Origin: Daphnia carinata
Lineage: Eukaryota
NCBI RefSeq assembly: GCF_022539665.2
Contig: NC_081331.1
Location: 9,672,001-9,736,000, forward strand
Reading direction: 5' to 3'
Length of the DNA stretch: 64,000 nucleotides
The number at the start of each line of letters is the position of its first letter. Position 1 is the stretch's first letter. The position numbers and the translations under genes were made by a program. This document shows positions 23,404-36,612 of this stretch, in pieces. Under the pieces are notes generated by a model that saw only the letters and a list, made by a program, of their open reading frames with translations, ran no database searches and was not told the DNA's origin.

Positions 23404-24145
23404 TTCGGTGAGGGTTCTTTAGTACGAATTGAGATAAAAAAACCAACAAAAATGTGATCCTATTTGTGTTTTTTACGTACAACCCATGGACTGAAGTAAG
23501 CATAAAGTTTCTTAGATTTGGTAAAATTTACAAAACTACCGAGTAAATTCCATATTTTTCATCAAAATTCCATGAAATTTATATAAACGCATATAGTTCA
23601 ATAACATTTTGTTTAAAAAACTGCATATTTTAATCAGAAAGAACGTTACATAAAGGAAAAAATTCAGGCGGGGACAAAGCTCATTGCAGAAGATCACAAT
23701 CGTCGGTGCGAAGACTAATAAAAAAGTAGACTTGATTCCCATGATTTTTTTCAAATCCAAATCGAAATCATCTTGCTGGCGGCAATTTCCACAGTTGAAA
23801 ACAGCAATTTCCATGGTAAGATTTCCATAAAGACAATTTCCACGGGATACCTTTCCACGTTCCATGTTTCAAGTACACGACATACCCAATCCCTAAACAA
23901 ACGCCATCATCAAGGGACGTTTAGAATTCAAACAAAATTGTCAAGCCTTAAAAGCGGTAATAAACGGTTGGCACTTATGTGCACGTACTGATTCTGCGAA
24001 ATATCTAGAAGGTTTTGTTGGAGTGAAACTTTTAGCCTAAGATTCTTCAGCAATTGATAGGAAACAGTGATATAATAATCAAACCGTTGCAGCTTGCAGC
24101 ACTGCTATCCTAACAGTTCTCCTGACTAGATTAGGTACAGATAGC

Positions 24146-27108
24146 ATGCCGAATGTAGTGTTGTCACGCGAATCTTTATTGTTTTACCAACAGAGTAAAA
24201 TGAACGCAAAGTAAGATTTATTTTTTATTTCTTTATGGTTAGATCTTGAATAATGGCTTTTATTAGAGTACAAAGTCGATCTCTTCCTGTTGTTTTTGAT
24301 GACACTTACCAAGAAGATGGTAACCGGGGATTAAAGAGTCCTGTAGCTCTCAGGACCAAAGCATTGCAAGGAAGGAAAGCTGAAACAGACGGGAAAATCA
24401 AAAGTGTGAAACCTCTTCAAGATGCTGCTGCATCACACAAGAAAATATCAGAAGATATACTTCTAAACACCTCAAATCACCTCTTACAAGTTGCTCCAGA
24501 GGAACATCACCGTGAACTAAATGGATCTAAGAAAAAAGGTAAATGAAGGATATACAAACTTAAAAAGGGAAAATGATGTTCATGTGTATGTTTCATTCAC
24601 AATGAAATATCTAAGTGTGACATATCTGTTCCAAATCCTAGGAAGGGCAAAAGTAAAAGGGAAAGAGTCTACCGTCCTTCAAAATGCTAGTAAAACTCAA
24701 ATAAATGAGGTTGAGAAAATGAAAATTGGCAAGAAACGGGATTCCAGGCAGAGATCAAAACGAGATACAAAAAAACAGTCAGCAGAAAATATACATGAAC
24801 CGGTAATGAACTCTTTAGAATTTTCAGGTTCAAGAATAATTATCCATCACTGCAATAGGTATACGAGCCGACCCCTAAACGACTAAGGATTGTTTCAAAT
24901 GCACAAAGCTTTACTACAAACATGGCATCTGTCATTGGAGCTTCCGCAAACAATTTCAGCAAAACTTATAAATCTAGTAAGATTGCACTTAACATTTTCT
25001 TATTGGTAACTTGTTGCAAACTAAGCAGGTATTTTACGAATTCGGTGTAATGAATAAAAGGAAAATGCGTAGGGTAGGGAAACAAAATATTTTATTAAAC
25101 TTAGAGTCAAGATAACGGGATGGTACGAAAATGGCAACTCGGGAACACTTGTTGTAGTTGTTCTTTCGTCTGTAGATCAAACATTAGAGGAGAATATTGA
25201 TGCAAAGACCGTGTCTGAATCTCCTGCAAAACAAATGGCTACGAAACCTGCAGTGACCATAGGTAAGTAAATTTTTTTAATTAGCTGAAATTCTTGAAAA
25301 GTACAAAACTATTATTAGGTACCAAAACACCTGGAAGTACTCGATCGGAAAAAAAATTGCCGGTTTCAGAAAACAATTGCACAGAGCTAGAGGATTTCGC
25401 GTCTATTGATGGTTTCCGACAATATCTTTTTTACTATGAAAGCCTTTTTGATTGAAACAAACTGGGAATCTCAGGTGTGCAATCTGCTAAAAGTGACCGA
25501 ACAAAAAAAAAACGAGTTCCAGCAGGCAGCGCTGACGGTGGGACAGAACTACCAACGTCTTTATCCAAACGCTCAATGTCTACCAAGAAGGGTTTAGGTA
25601 TGAATGCTTACTACAAATCAGTGTTAACTGTTGCGGTATTATGCCACTTTATAATCTTTGCAGAAAATAACGCGAACACGTCAGGACCAATAACATCATG
25701 GTTACTAGATGAACCATTGTCAGATAAGGCGGCTGACATCGATACAACGGGTAAGTGAACATCGTCTCGTGAATGAAATTTCATTAACGATAATTCTTGA
25801 AACGTAGAAAGTGAAGATGAGACTTGCTCCTCCTATTCAGAAGTAGACGAGGATGTAATTTTCTCCAGAAGTGGAAACATTCTTGAGAATCTAAGCCCGA
25901 ATAGTTCAATTTCTCCTAATGGCATTGAAACGTCGAAACAAAAAGATAAAGCTTCGGAGTCTTCCCTTTCTCCAGAGTTTGATCATTGGCAAAAATGTTC
26001 GAAGTCCTTGCCAGGATTAGTACTCCCTTCACCCAGGAAACAACTCTCCTTCGCCGATGACTCTTTAGCGGTTGATTGCGATCTGAGCACCACAAATACC
26101 GATAAGCACAAAAATACCGAAGAAAAGTCCGTGAAGTCGTCTGGGAGCAGAAACTTGTCGAAAAATTTGTCGTCTTCGAAATCGGAGGCATCCCGTATTT
26201 CTGCAAATGTTAGGACACTCAAAGAAGGTATAAATACAAAAGTCGTAGCGGAGGCAAAATTCATGCTTGTGATAACACTCATCTTTCAAAGAACAGTAAT
26301 AGCCATAGCGATTTCAGTATTGCGCTTTCCTGTTCACACGTTCACCCTTTTTATTTATGACTATTGCGTCCAGGAAAACAAAGTAATGGAAGTCCTGCGT
26401 TGAAGAGAAAAAGATTTGTTGGTTATACAGAGACGCATTTGCCAAATAAACAACTCCCATCTTCCCTGGTTGCATCGCTATACCATGAACCCCTGGCAAA
26501 CGCGGATAGGGATCTGGATGGTATAACTTAAATTTCCGATGTTTTACGAATGCATTGTGGTTCTGTTCTTCCCGCTCAAAGTTAACCTTTTTCATTTAGT
26601 ACGTGAAAGAAGTCCCACTCAACACTCCAAAATGACCTTTACTGAAGAAAGTATGCTTGGTACCAACTGCAGGATGACACCTAGTTATCTATCAGATGAA
26701 TGCACCGCAGTTCCCATGCCTACCCGACATCCAACTACATTTAACCTTTACATGTCTCCTAGTACTTACCCTGTTCGAGCACGACAGATTGAGTCAACGG
26801 AAGATTTCGTGGTTTCGTGGCTTTACCTGCAGCCTACAGTTATTTTCCCCCTACAGACTTCTTTCCGTACCATGGTAAATTTAGCAAATGTCTAATCAAA
26901 ATTAAGGCTACCTAAAATTACAATTTTTTTCATGCAGATCATGCGTTTAAAGGGTAGTGTAGAGTTCAGAAGTGATCCGTGTGTTCCAAGTCGCATGTTG
27001 CTGAACTCAGAAGCCAAGTTAGTGGAACTGGAGGCCTGTCGTCTTTTTCATATTGCCAATACAGGAGAAGAAGTTGCGTTAATCCAGATGACCGAAGTTT
27101 TACGATAA
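24146..27108 (+). CDS. Multi-exon Ser/Lys-rich protein with a C-terminal cupin-like domain (CENP-C-like architecture)
   Basis: ATG at 24146 and roughly a dozen GT-AG exons that join in frame where checked. It ends VRARQIESTEDFVVSWLYLQP..TM|IMRLKGSVEF..LFHIANTGEEVALIQMTEVLR* (TAA 27106-27108). Exon structure around 24800-25100 is uncertain. Confidence 0.7.
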
Positions 27109-27353
27109 TCAAGAATGATTGATGATTGATGATTAACCAGACTCTTGCATTATACTTCAAATATTGTTTTTCAACTTTTTTAAACAAGAATTCGTTTAAT
27201 GTCCCTTTTAAATGTTGTTCAAGCTGAAGTTCCGTTCAAGTTTTTCGACTTTTCGGTAGACAGATGGCGTGTGCTCAGAAGTAAACTAAGTCCCGTCGAC
27301 TGCTATACTTTAAATTGTTTGAAATTCATTTCGGTTGCTTAACCACAATTACA

Positions 27354-28089
27354 ATGGGGAACATCGCCGTAAAAGCTTCAAGGAAACTCATAAGGCCATT
27401 TAAGAATTTTGCTGTTGAAGCACGAGCCGAGAGAGTGTTAGCAAAGGAAAAGCCAACACCAGCTCCGTGGCATCCGACAACGCAGAAAAGAATTGATGAA
27501 TTAATTAAAAGTATTCTTTTTATTGGCATTTATTACTATTGCTGACTTGTCTGTAAAATAAATTTTTTCAGATAATCCAGATTTAGTTGATGTGCAAGTC
27601 AGTAAAAAAGATGAACTTCTAGGCAATCGTCTTAAAGAAATTTATGTAACGTCTAGAGACAAACCAATAACACTAAAGCATATAGAAAAGCCACTACCTG
27701 CAGAGAGAAAAAATGTTGAACCACCAGAATTTGGCTATCAAGAACCAGCCCGAATAACAAAGGGAAAATTAAGTATTCGCCAAGCCTTACTACTTATAGG
27801 AAAACATCACCAGGATCCAGTAATTCACAGTGCTATGTCATTAGCAAATGAATACACCATTCATCCTAGAGTATCAGGTACAAAAAGCAATGGTTCAATT
27901 GATTAATCACAAAACTGAATTCTTATTTTTACAGAGAATATTCTAAAGTACTTCAAAACCTTTGAATATTATCAGCCCCCAAAAGTCAAAACTCCTATTC
28001 AAGCCAAAGATTATATTACGTTCAAATCTTTACCCACACCACAAGATAAAGATAAGCCACAAATAGGAGAAAATAGTCTTAAAAGCTGA
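27354..28089 (+). CDS. NDUFAF4: Mitochondrial complex I assembly factor NDUFAF4 homolog
   Basis: MG..IRPFKNFAVEARAERVLAKEKPTPAPWHPT, RLKEIYVTSRD and GKLSIRQAL motifs. Exons 27354-27510, 27572-27877 and 27935-28089 join in frame. AATAAA at 28131. Confidence 0.92.
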
Positions 28090-28689
28090 ATTTAAATCTG
28101 CAGTTTCTATAGTGTTGTGGAAATCGTTCCAATAAACCATTTGTTATTTGCCTGAATGCATGATGACCAGTTTTTTTGAAACGATGCGCTAGAGTTCGTT
28201 ACCAGTTCTAGAGGTTTGGCAACGCCATTCAAGCGCCATTGCTACCAAAGTTACACAGATTAAGCCTCTACGGTGACGGCTGGAGCATTTTGTGGGCGTG
28301 TATGTTGTTTTTGATGTTTTTCATCATATTGACTGATTAAAACGATGAAATATAGCAGTTCCGTTGGGATAGAAAGCTAGGTATACCACACTGTTTCATC
28401 CTTTCAGCATAGTGCGATTTGACATTGACTTGAATTCGTTGTTTTGGAAGAAAATGCGTCATTCTGGGTGTCAAACGCTGGCTGATATTTACGATTTATG
28501 GTAGTTGGAAAGTAGTCAAAATTTCTCATTGTCATAATTGCAGGTGTTTAAAGGGTTCCGTCATTTGGAATTAACAACTTTTTTATTTTTGTTCCTCTAT
28601 CATTTCTTAGTCTGATATGATTTGGGTGTATGTGACAGGATGTGAAGACTAATTGTAGTTTATGGTTTCCTTTAGGAAGTGACTGTAAG

Positions 28690-31600
28690 ATGCCTCTACC
28701 AAAGAGAGTCATATCTCCAGTGTATGTGTCACGGGACACATTACCTGAGCACCTTCAACTTCCAAACGACTTGGAAGGAGTCACCAATGGAACATTGGCC
28801 AATATAATCCGACAACTATCGAGCCTCAGCCATCATGCTGAAGATATGTTTGGCGAGCTTTATAAGGAGACAGAAGCTCTCCACATTCGTTCTTCCAGCT
28901 TGCAAGCCAGGATAGACAGACTTGCGGTTAAAGTCACTCAACTGGACAGCACAGTGGAAGAAGTTTCCCTGCAGGACATTCATCTCCGCAAAGCCTTTAA
29001 AAGCAGTGTGGTCTTTGATCAGCAAGTTGTTTCAAAACTGACCATTCCCACAGCAATGGCAGATACCTACCATCACTGCGACAAACCCCCACCCCTGGAC
29101 AAGCTCAATGTATACCGGTAAGCATAATTTTAGCTCAGTGCTTAGCATGCCGAGTCCTGTCGGGTTCGGATCTCAGCAGGGGGTCACGCGAACCAAGATC
29201 GTAAGGTAGCGCGTGATCGTATTGACTACGCCAGCATCAAAGTAGAGAAGGGAAATGCTAGTTAATATTCTGGTAAGCAAACATTCGTTCACTACGTTGG
29301 ATTGAAATTGTACGCGTACAGTACTTTCACGAGCCGGAAGTTGGTTACGCGTATGCTGGAAAATCGTCCGTGTGAACGAATCGAGTGATAAACCGAAAAC
29401 ACGGGTATCGTAATCGTAGTGTTGTCTTGCGGGAGAGGTACCCCGGCCAGTCTGTGAGATTTCTAAGCGGACATCGCTAGTCGACTGGAATCGCTGTTTC
29501 CCCTGCAGCTTTGCCGTAATAAAGGCACTTGTGGCCAAGTCTCTTTCTTGGGGTTTTAGAGATGGTGAGAAAATTGTATTTTAAGAGAACACGAAAACAA
29601 AATAGGAAAAAAAAAAGATACGGGAGGGGGATAGAACTTGATTCGGTTATGACGACTTGTTAGTGGGCAGGGCGCGGTAGCTCAGGCCTTAGGCCATTTT
29701 TCTATTAACGCCCGAGTAGGGAATCTCTTATCGACCAGGGCGTTTGCCAGCGTCAATGTGATACGCAGGAGACGCCTCATTGCCGTCGGCTTGCAAGCCA
29801 GATTATATTGCTGGCCAGCCTGGTGTTAGTTTCAACGTCGTCTCCTGAGCAACGTGCCATTGTTATTATTGAAAGGATTTTTTTGTTTCTTTTTTTCTTG
29901 AAAATGTCGACTTGTACAAGTCTTATAAATTGACGAAATGGTTGCCAGATGGGAACGGGTTTTGCGTATGACCAGTCCCTGGACACTGGAGGAAAATAGT
30001 CCTGTCCTCATTCCCAAAGCGCAAAATTATATGTTCGCCTGCCGCATCCTCCCGTTTGTCGTCCACTCTGGACTCGTTGGCTAAGGCAAAAAATTCACGG
30101 ACCGGTCCGGCGTGCCCGCAGGAGACTAGTTGAACCGGAGCAACCTACAAACCTAATACACCACCCGATACGTCGGGAAGAATGCACTGCTATAAGCACA
30201 GGTGGTGTGTGCGTTTGGTCTCCTCCCATCTTTTTCTTTTTTTCTTTTCTTCGTAGTCGCCAATCGCTCGCATTGTTACGGGGCTTCAGTCTATCGTCTT
30301 CAGCCGACTCGAGCGGACTGATTCTATCTTAGACAGTTACGACAAGCTACAAGTTCCCTTTTACACAGTGAGTGCGTAGACAAGCAATCAGTGTTTTATG
30401 TTCCCGAAATTGAGAGACTCGAAGCCAAGTCGAGCGAATAGACATTACGGCAACGGATATTAAGCAAAAAAGCCAGCGGGTGGGGAAATCGCTAACGTTT
30501 TTTTTTTATGAAGCGGTTGTGTCCTCTTGTGCTAGACGTTCTATTAGTGCGATTTACGCGCAAGTTCTGTTACGAATAGGCTCGCGTGAGACCCCGTGTG
30601 CGTTGTTCGCGCCACCTGTTTTAATGGTTTTTTTCGGCCAATTGAACTGGACCAACGACGAAGTTGGTGACCCATATACCGTATTTGATACTGAGATTAG
30701 GTGAATTGAAGAAATGGAATCACGTCCTTATCGAGTTTGACGCGAGTGAGTGATGTCTTGCAGTTTGTGCCCGTCGACCCAGATCCATCCGGACGATATC
30801 AAGAGAAACGCCGGAAGCGCCAATTGTTGTTGGTTTGGAGAAGAGGGTCTATATCATTGGCAAGCTATTCAGCCACAGCGAGAGCAACAGGACGACTCGT
30901 GGGTTTTCGGTCTGGAGGACCAATTCTTTCCGCTCTCTCCGCCGGAAGCAGAGCCGGCGGAGTCTCCCAGTGCCGTTGATGGATTGACGGATGAATTTCT
31001 GCAGTTTCTGGAAAAGCGGTTGGCCGACGTTGATGGTGAGACGGAAGATGACACGGTTCTACCAGATTTGCCCGTTATCGAGTCCCATCCGAAACCGTCC
31101 ATTGAAGCCGCAAAGCCTGTTCCACCTATCCGGCGCAGGCGGCTTCAGCGTTCCGTTTCTCTCCAGGCAGTTAAAGTTACCCCACCGCCGTTATTCCATG
31201 GCCGGCAAGTCGTAGAATTTCCGGGCGTCCGTCAGGACGTCGAGAATGGGCAGGAATTCAACAAAACCCGTACGATAAGCCGCGGCGGCAGTATCGCCAG
31301 TGATTTAATTCAACGAGTGAAAAGATGGGCTGCCGTCACTTCGACATTCCGGCGAGCCTTCCGGAAAGGTAGCCCACATCGGGCTCCCGTTCCAACGACC
31401 TTTACCGCCGTCCCAACAACCTGGTCTATATTATTCGAATGAAACATTTTTTTTTTTTTAGTTGTTCAGTCCAAACTGGTCTTTTAAAATATTCTGATTT
31501 ATATCTTTTACTTCCTTATTAGGGATGACGGTAAGGACGGGCTCAAATTCTACACGGATCCGGATTACTTCTTCGACTTGTGGCGACAGGAGATGCTCAA

Positions 31601-34395
31601 AGATACGGAACGCATCCTCAACGATAAAGGACGCAAGGTAGACATTTCTTTCTTTTCCGCGTGCATATTCTTAATAGCAATTGACCTCGAGAGAAAGCGG
31701 GTCTCATGCCAATTAGATTCAGCCGCCACTCACAACCTCTAACCGGTTGATGCATCTGTCCCTCTACCAATAACGAGAGTCGTATAAACCGTTTATTTCT
31801 TGCTTATTTTTCTGTGGAATGAGGCAAGAAGGCTGTTCTATGGCGAAGAATCGATAAACGATCTAGGTCGGTGACGTTCGTGATTCCCGGTGCATTCAAG
31901 AATGCATTCTTTGAAAAAAAAAATGAGGAGAAGGATTGCCAAAGATTTTTTTGTTGTATTCGGACCGATGAGAAAAGAGCGATAGAATTTCAGCCCTGAA
32001 CAACAACAACAAAAAGAAGCTTTTGGTTTTCCTGCTATGGGTTTATTGAAGCTTGAATTAGGTTAATGGGCAATTTCATACTTTCCCTCGTTTATTTTCA
32101 CAACCGCTAAAATGTAAATGCTTAGCCATTACCATTAGTATCGAATAGAAATCGGTGTTCCTAGTGTTATGGGTTTAAATTATGAAATAAAAAAAAATTA
32201 TTTTTGGTTTTGGTTCATGCTTCTCTCAGTATGCGGATGGCACTCCGTCCGAGGCAAGTCTTTTCTTTTCCAACCAAAACTCTTCATGTTCGGCATTTTC
32301 GTGTAGAGAATGTTACGTTGTGAGATAAACATTTTTGCTGTTGTACCGTTTTTTTCACAGCCGCATCGCGGTCGAAACGAAGGTGGTGGCGGCGGCGGAG
32401 GAAGCAGCGGAGGCGGTCGCCACAAAAAGCGGGTCCGCCAGCCGCACAACACCCGAGAGAAGCACCGTGAGCTGGCCATCAACAAGGGCGAGTACATCAG
32501 TCCACAGAACGCCTTGTATCAGTCGCCACAGGTATGAAACGCTTTGCGCATTGGCAAATGACTATAATGGCCAATACGGGTTTTGTTGTTCGTGCCATGG
32601 AATTGCACAGGCATTGTATTTGGAGGATGGAACCATGCTACCGGATCCGAGTTCAACGTCACGGCCACCGCGTCCGAATAGTATTGAGGTGAAACGTAAT
32701 TATCCCAGCGAGGAGGCCATTTATGCATCCAGGAACTCGCGCAACCCGCAAGATAATGTGTACAGGTACAGGTCGAATTTGTTTCATTTATTTCGATTGC
32801 CGATCCGCGGCAAATGAATTGATGTGATGAACGTGAGGTGATGGCGTCAGTTCGTCGTGAAATGTTGTCTGGCTCTCGCTGTCTATCTCTGTAATGTGCT
32901 TTCGTTCTGATTTAAAATGTTGTCGCTTTTGGCTTGTCTCCACCTGTTGCTGGCGCTGGACGCTTTATAGACCTGCTGGAATGTCACTGCCGCCTCCGCC
33001 TTACGACGACGGCTATCCGCAGTATCCGCCTCCGCCTTACACTGCCGATTCGCTGCTCCAGCTTCAGCAGCAACAACAACTACATCATCAGGCACAATAC
33101 CACCAGCACGCGGCTGCCGCAGCGGCGGCAGCAGCATCCAGTCACTACGGCCCTGGAATGATGAATCACCACAACCGGACGTTGCAACGGACCACATCAG
33201 GAAGGCCCACTCAGCCTCCTCCAGCCCCGCCCGGGTAAAAAACAAAAAAAACTAACAAGAAATAACCACCAAAAAGAAAGAATTAGAAACTACATTCTAC
33301 ACAGTTAATCACAGGATCGAATATATCTTTGTGTCCATGTTCTGTCCAGCTTTGCTTAGCTACGCATTAAGTGGAGAAAAACGTATCGTTGTCCTTTATG
33401 TCGTTTGCCATTTTCCGAGGTCGTTGTTGTTTATTCTAATGATTTTATTTTGATTAGGCAAATGAATCATTCGCCCAACACTCAACATGGTGGATCGAAC
33501 GCCACTAGAAATCGTGTAAGTCATCACACGTCGATGATTGGAACTATGAATAGGGAATCACTCCCACCGCCGCCTCCACCACCGTCGGAGACGTACACCA
33601 GCACGGACAGAATATCGCAACTGCCTAATCCACCCTACATCTCGTCCGTCATGGTCAACTCCGGGCCGCCGTTGAACACGCCTCCGCCGCCACCACCTCT
33701 GCCGCCTTCTGCCATGCTGATGCCGCCGCGCGAGAGCCGCGAAAGCTCTTCCGAGTCAGATTTGCCGCTCCCGCCTCCGCCTCCGCTTCCAGATACGGCT
33801 CCACCCGATTTGCGGGCTCCGCCACCTCCGCCGCCGCCTCCTCCAATGCCACTCAGCAGTCCTCCGCGCGACAACGGCCATGTAGTGGCTAATGGCGATG
33901 TCGGCAAGTTGTTGAGCAATTCGCCACCTAAAGTTTCACCTGGAAGGGGAGTGGATGAAGCGAATCAGTCATCGCCCGTGTTGCTACAACCGGCTAAATT
34001 GACTCCACGCGGTCCGCCTATTCCTCTCCCAGCGCTCGATGGACGCAGTGACCTTCTTAAGGCCATCAGAGATGGTAATTGAAATGATTACGTAATTAGC
34101 ACATTTAGAGCAGACTGACGGAGAAATTCGTGTTTTGTAGGTATATCATTACGTAAAGTAGAGAAAGGTCAACAACGTGAAGGAGAAAAGGGCCGAATGG
34201 ATGCACTTCACGATGTTGCTTCAATTCTAGCTCGCCGAGTGGCGATGGAGATTTCGGATTCTGAATCAGGTTCTGATTCGGGTTCTGGGTCAGATTGGGA
34301 CGACGAAACGAGGTATGAATAATTTTTTGGTTTTTCTCCAAGTTGTTTGATCTAATTTGGATTTTTCTTTCTTTCTTTACAAATGAAGTGCTTAA
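28690..34395 (+). CDS. SCAR: SCAR/WAVE (WASF) Arp2/3 nucleation-promoting factor
   Basis: WAVE homology domain ([50 protein letters not shown]), basic region, poly-Pro, WH2 ([19 protein letters not shown]), C (DVASILARR) and acidic DWDD. Exons 28690-29117, 31523-31637, 32361-32531, 32611-32765, 32971-33234, 33458-34074, 34141-34312, 34389-34395. Confidence 0.96.
30753..31442 (+). CDS. Uncharacterised ~230-aa ORF in SCAR intron 1; possible alternative first exon
   Basis: GC-rich open frame with protein-like composition that ends 80 bp before the SCAR exon-2 acceptor. Confidence 0.5.
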   Translation: MSCSLCPSTQIHPDDIKRNAGSANCCWFGEEGLYHWQAIQPQREQQDDSWVFGLEDQFFPLSPPEAEPAESPSAVDGLTDEFLQFLEKRLADVDGETEDDTVLPDLPVIESHPKPSIEAAKPVPPIRRRRLQRSVSLQAVKVTPPPLFHGRQVVEFPGVRQDVENGQEFNKTRTISRGGSIASDLIQRVKRWAAVTSTFRRAFRKGSPHRAPVPTTFTAVPTTWSILFE

Positions 34396-36612
34396 TTTCA
34401 CACCTACGGTGCTCCATGTTGGTGCAGTAAACCTCCATTTGCGTCTTAATGGATAATTGGGCGGAACATAAATTCCCACCATTGATGAGTAATTTAAAAA
34501 ATGAAGATTACCAGGGAGCAGGTGATCTTTAGATTCACCAGTTGTACCAAACCAGCAAGTTTAGGCGATGGTTTCTCAGTTGCTTTGTCGAACCCCGAGT
34601 CCCATGGCCTCCCAGCATAAATTCCAAATCTCCTAAAAATGGCACAAAACAATCGCATTTCCTTGATGAATACACACACACTTTGAGCAGTGTTTAGTCA
34701 CTTGTTTTCCCTACCTTCTCGCCTATTTCCTCCTAATAAAGTAAAACAACCAACAAAAATGAAAAAAAAAAGACAACACCCCATTTAAAAAAATATTTGT
34801 ACAGTTGACCGTATTTTTTTTCCTTTCATCAGCCAGGAGCTGGACTTTCGTCTACTTGTGCTTTTCGTTTCATATCTTTCTTTATATATTCTCTGTCAAT
34901 GTGCAAGTTCACTCTTCTAATTATTATAGCTGATTGAACCTGTTCGCATCGAATCTTGCCCCCTTCCCATTAATAATTAGCATATTTAGCTTCGATACCC
35001 CCTGTGTTGTTTTGCCGCTCTTCTTCTCCGTGTCTGTTCACAATTTACTCATATCTAAACCTCTAAACCAATTAGATGCGAACCTCGCCCAACAAATGAG
35101 TGTATAACAGTGATTTAGGAATAAACTACAAGACCATTTTTGGTTATGTTTGTTCACTTTTTACATTTCATAATTTGGCGGCGCTTTGTTGGTTCGTACG
35201 TTATTTTTGCACATCTAGTTGACAGAATATATCGGGTACTGGGTTCTTTGAGGCTTGGAGAACTTAGTTCCATAGTATGACGACGTCCCCCACATTGAAG
35301 TGTAGTCTTCTGCCGCTAGGTGGCTAACAATCAGCTGTTTGCCTACAGAGAAACTCACGATGAGGTGGTAAAAGTGACACAAAACAGTTGTACTGGAGCT
35401 GTTGTTAAGAGTGAAAGCAGGTGAAATTGATACCTGTCGTACTGAGTGGTTCTTGCCTTCGTCCATGTGTTTATGGATTCGCTAAATTTTCGTGAACATT
35501 AAGGTAATTTTCAATACTTTTTATGACAGTCGTCGAGTTCAAGAGATGCAAACTATAGGTGTTTGCTGTTTGGTCTTCATCGAATTAACTCAATGTATTC
35601 AACCAGAACCAGTCGAGGTGAAAGGGGCGGTTTTTCTCATAAGGACGTTAGTGGGTTAGCTGTGCGTTTGACAGTGAAAGCACTAGATGCGTGTACTAGA
35701 ATTCACGTTACTCGGCATACTGCAAAGCAAATGCCTGGTGCACAGCGTGACGTTTGTTGTGCAAAACTCTTCTTTTTATTAAGGCCGTGCTGGCTTTGCC
35801 GGCTTTATTCATTTAACGTCCACGAAACCTTGGTTGTGCGTGATCAAACGGACTATCGATTTTGGAAAGTAGTTCAGATCCGTCCAAAACTTTCATGCAG
35901 CAAAGAGACGGAACCAGATTGTAGATTATACAAATCAAATACAAAAACGAACAGTTTTACAGCAACTATCTTATCGTCTAACAGCAAACATCGTCAAGCT
36001 TCAATACCTTTGATAATAAATGTTCATGTTTAAAGTAGATTAAGAATTTTTGGTTTTCAATAGACGGAGGCTTACCGTCTCTCGGTCCGTTGTCATAGTG
36101 ACCGTCAAATTCTGTACTGATGCAACCTTGCCAGTGCTGCTTGATTGCATGTTATGAACACTGACCAACGACATCGCCACGTTTTATATATTTTCGTTTA
36201 TTTTTTCTTTTGTTTTTCATTTCTTTCTTATTGTTTTTATTTGTATTGTGCCACAGATGATTTAATAGTTCGTGTACTTGTCATGACTATGTCAGTTAGC
36301 TGCCATCAGGATTCGACCAGCTGTAAGAAACGAACGTGTTCTTTCAACATCGGCACCCGTAACCCGGTAGCTGCATTTATAGATTTCATCGATCTCTAGC
36401 TCTATTGATTTACAAATTGCGCTGAAGTTGCCGAAAATCCTGTTTTTCTACTTAATAACGTCGACAGTCTGATAAAGAACGAACGTCAGCATCCAGTGTG
36501 GTGCCAAGTGATTCAGGAAGTCGGCGGCGATATTGGCCATGTTTCTATTTTCCTAGCTTTTTTTTCTACGGTTTGGAGGCTTGGCTCCACCACATGTAAA
36601 TAAATCTCCGCC

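Larger units (their letters stand above)
20534..27101. repeat. Segmental duplication copy 2 (no TE insertion)
   Basis: Direct repeat of 8533-18031 minus the 3-kb element. Confidence 0.95.
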
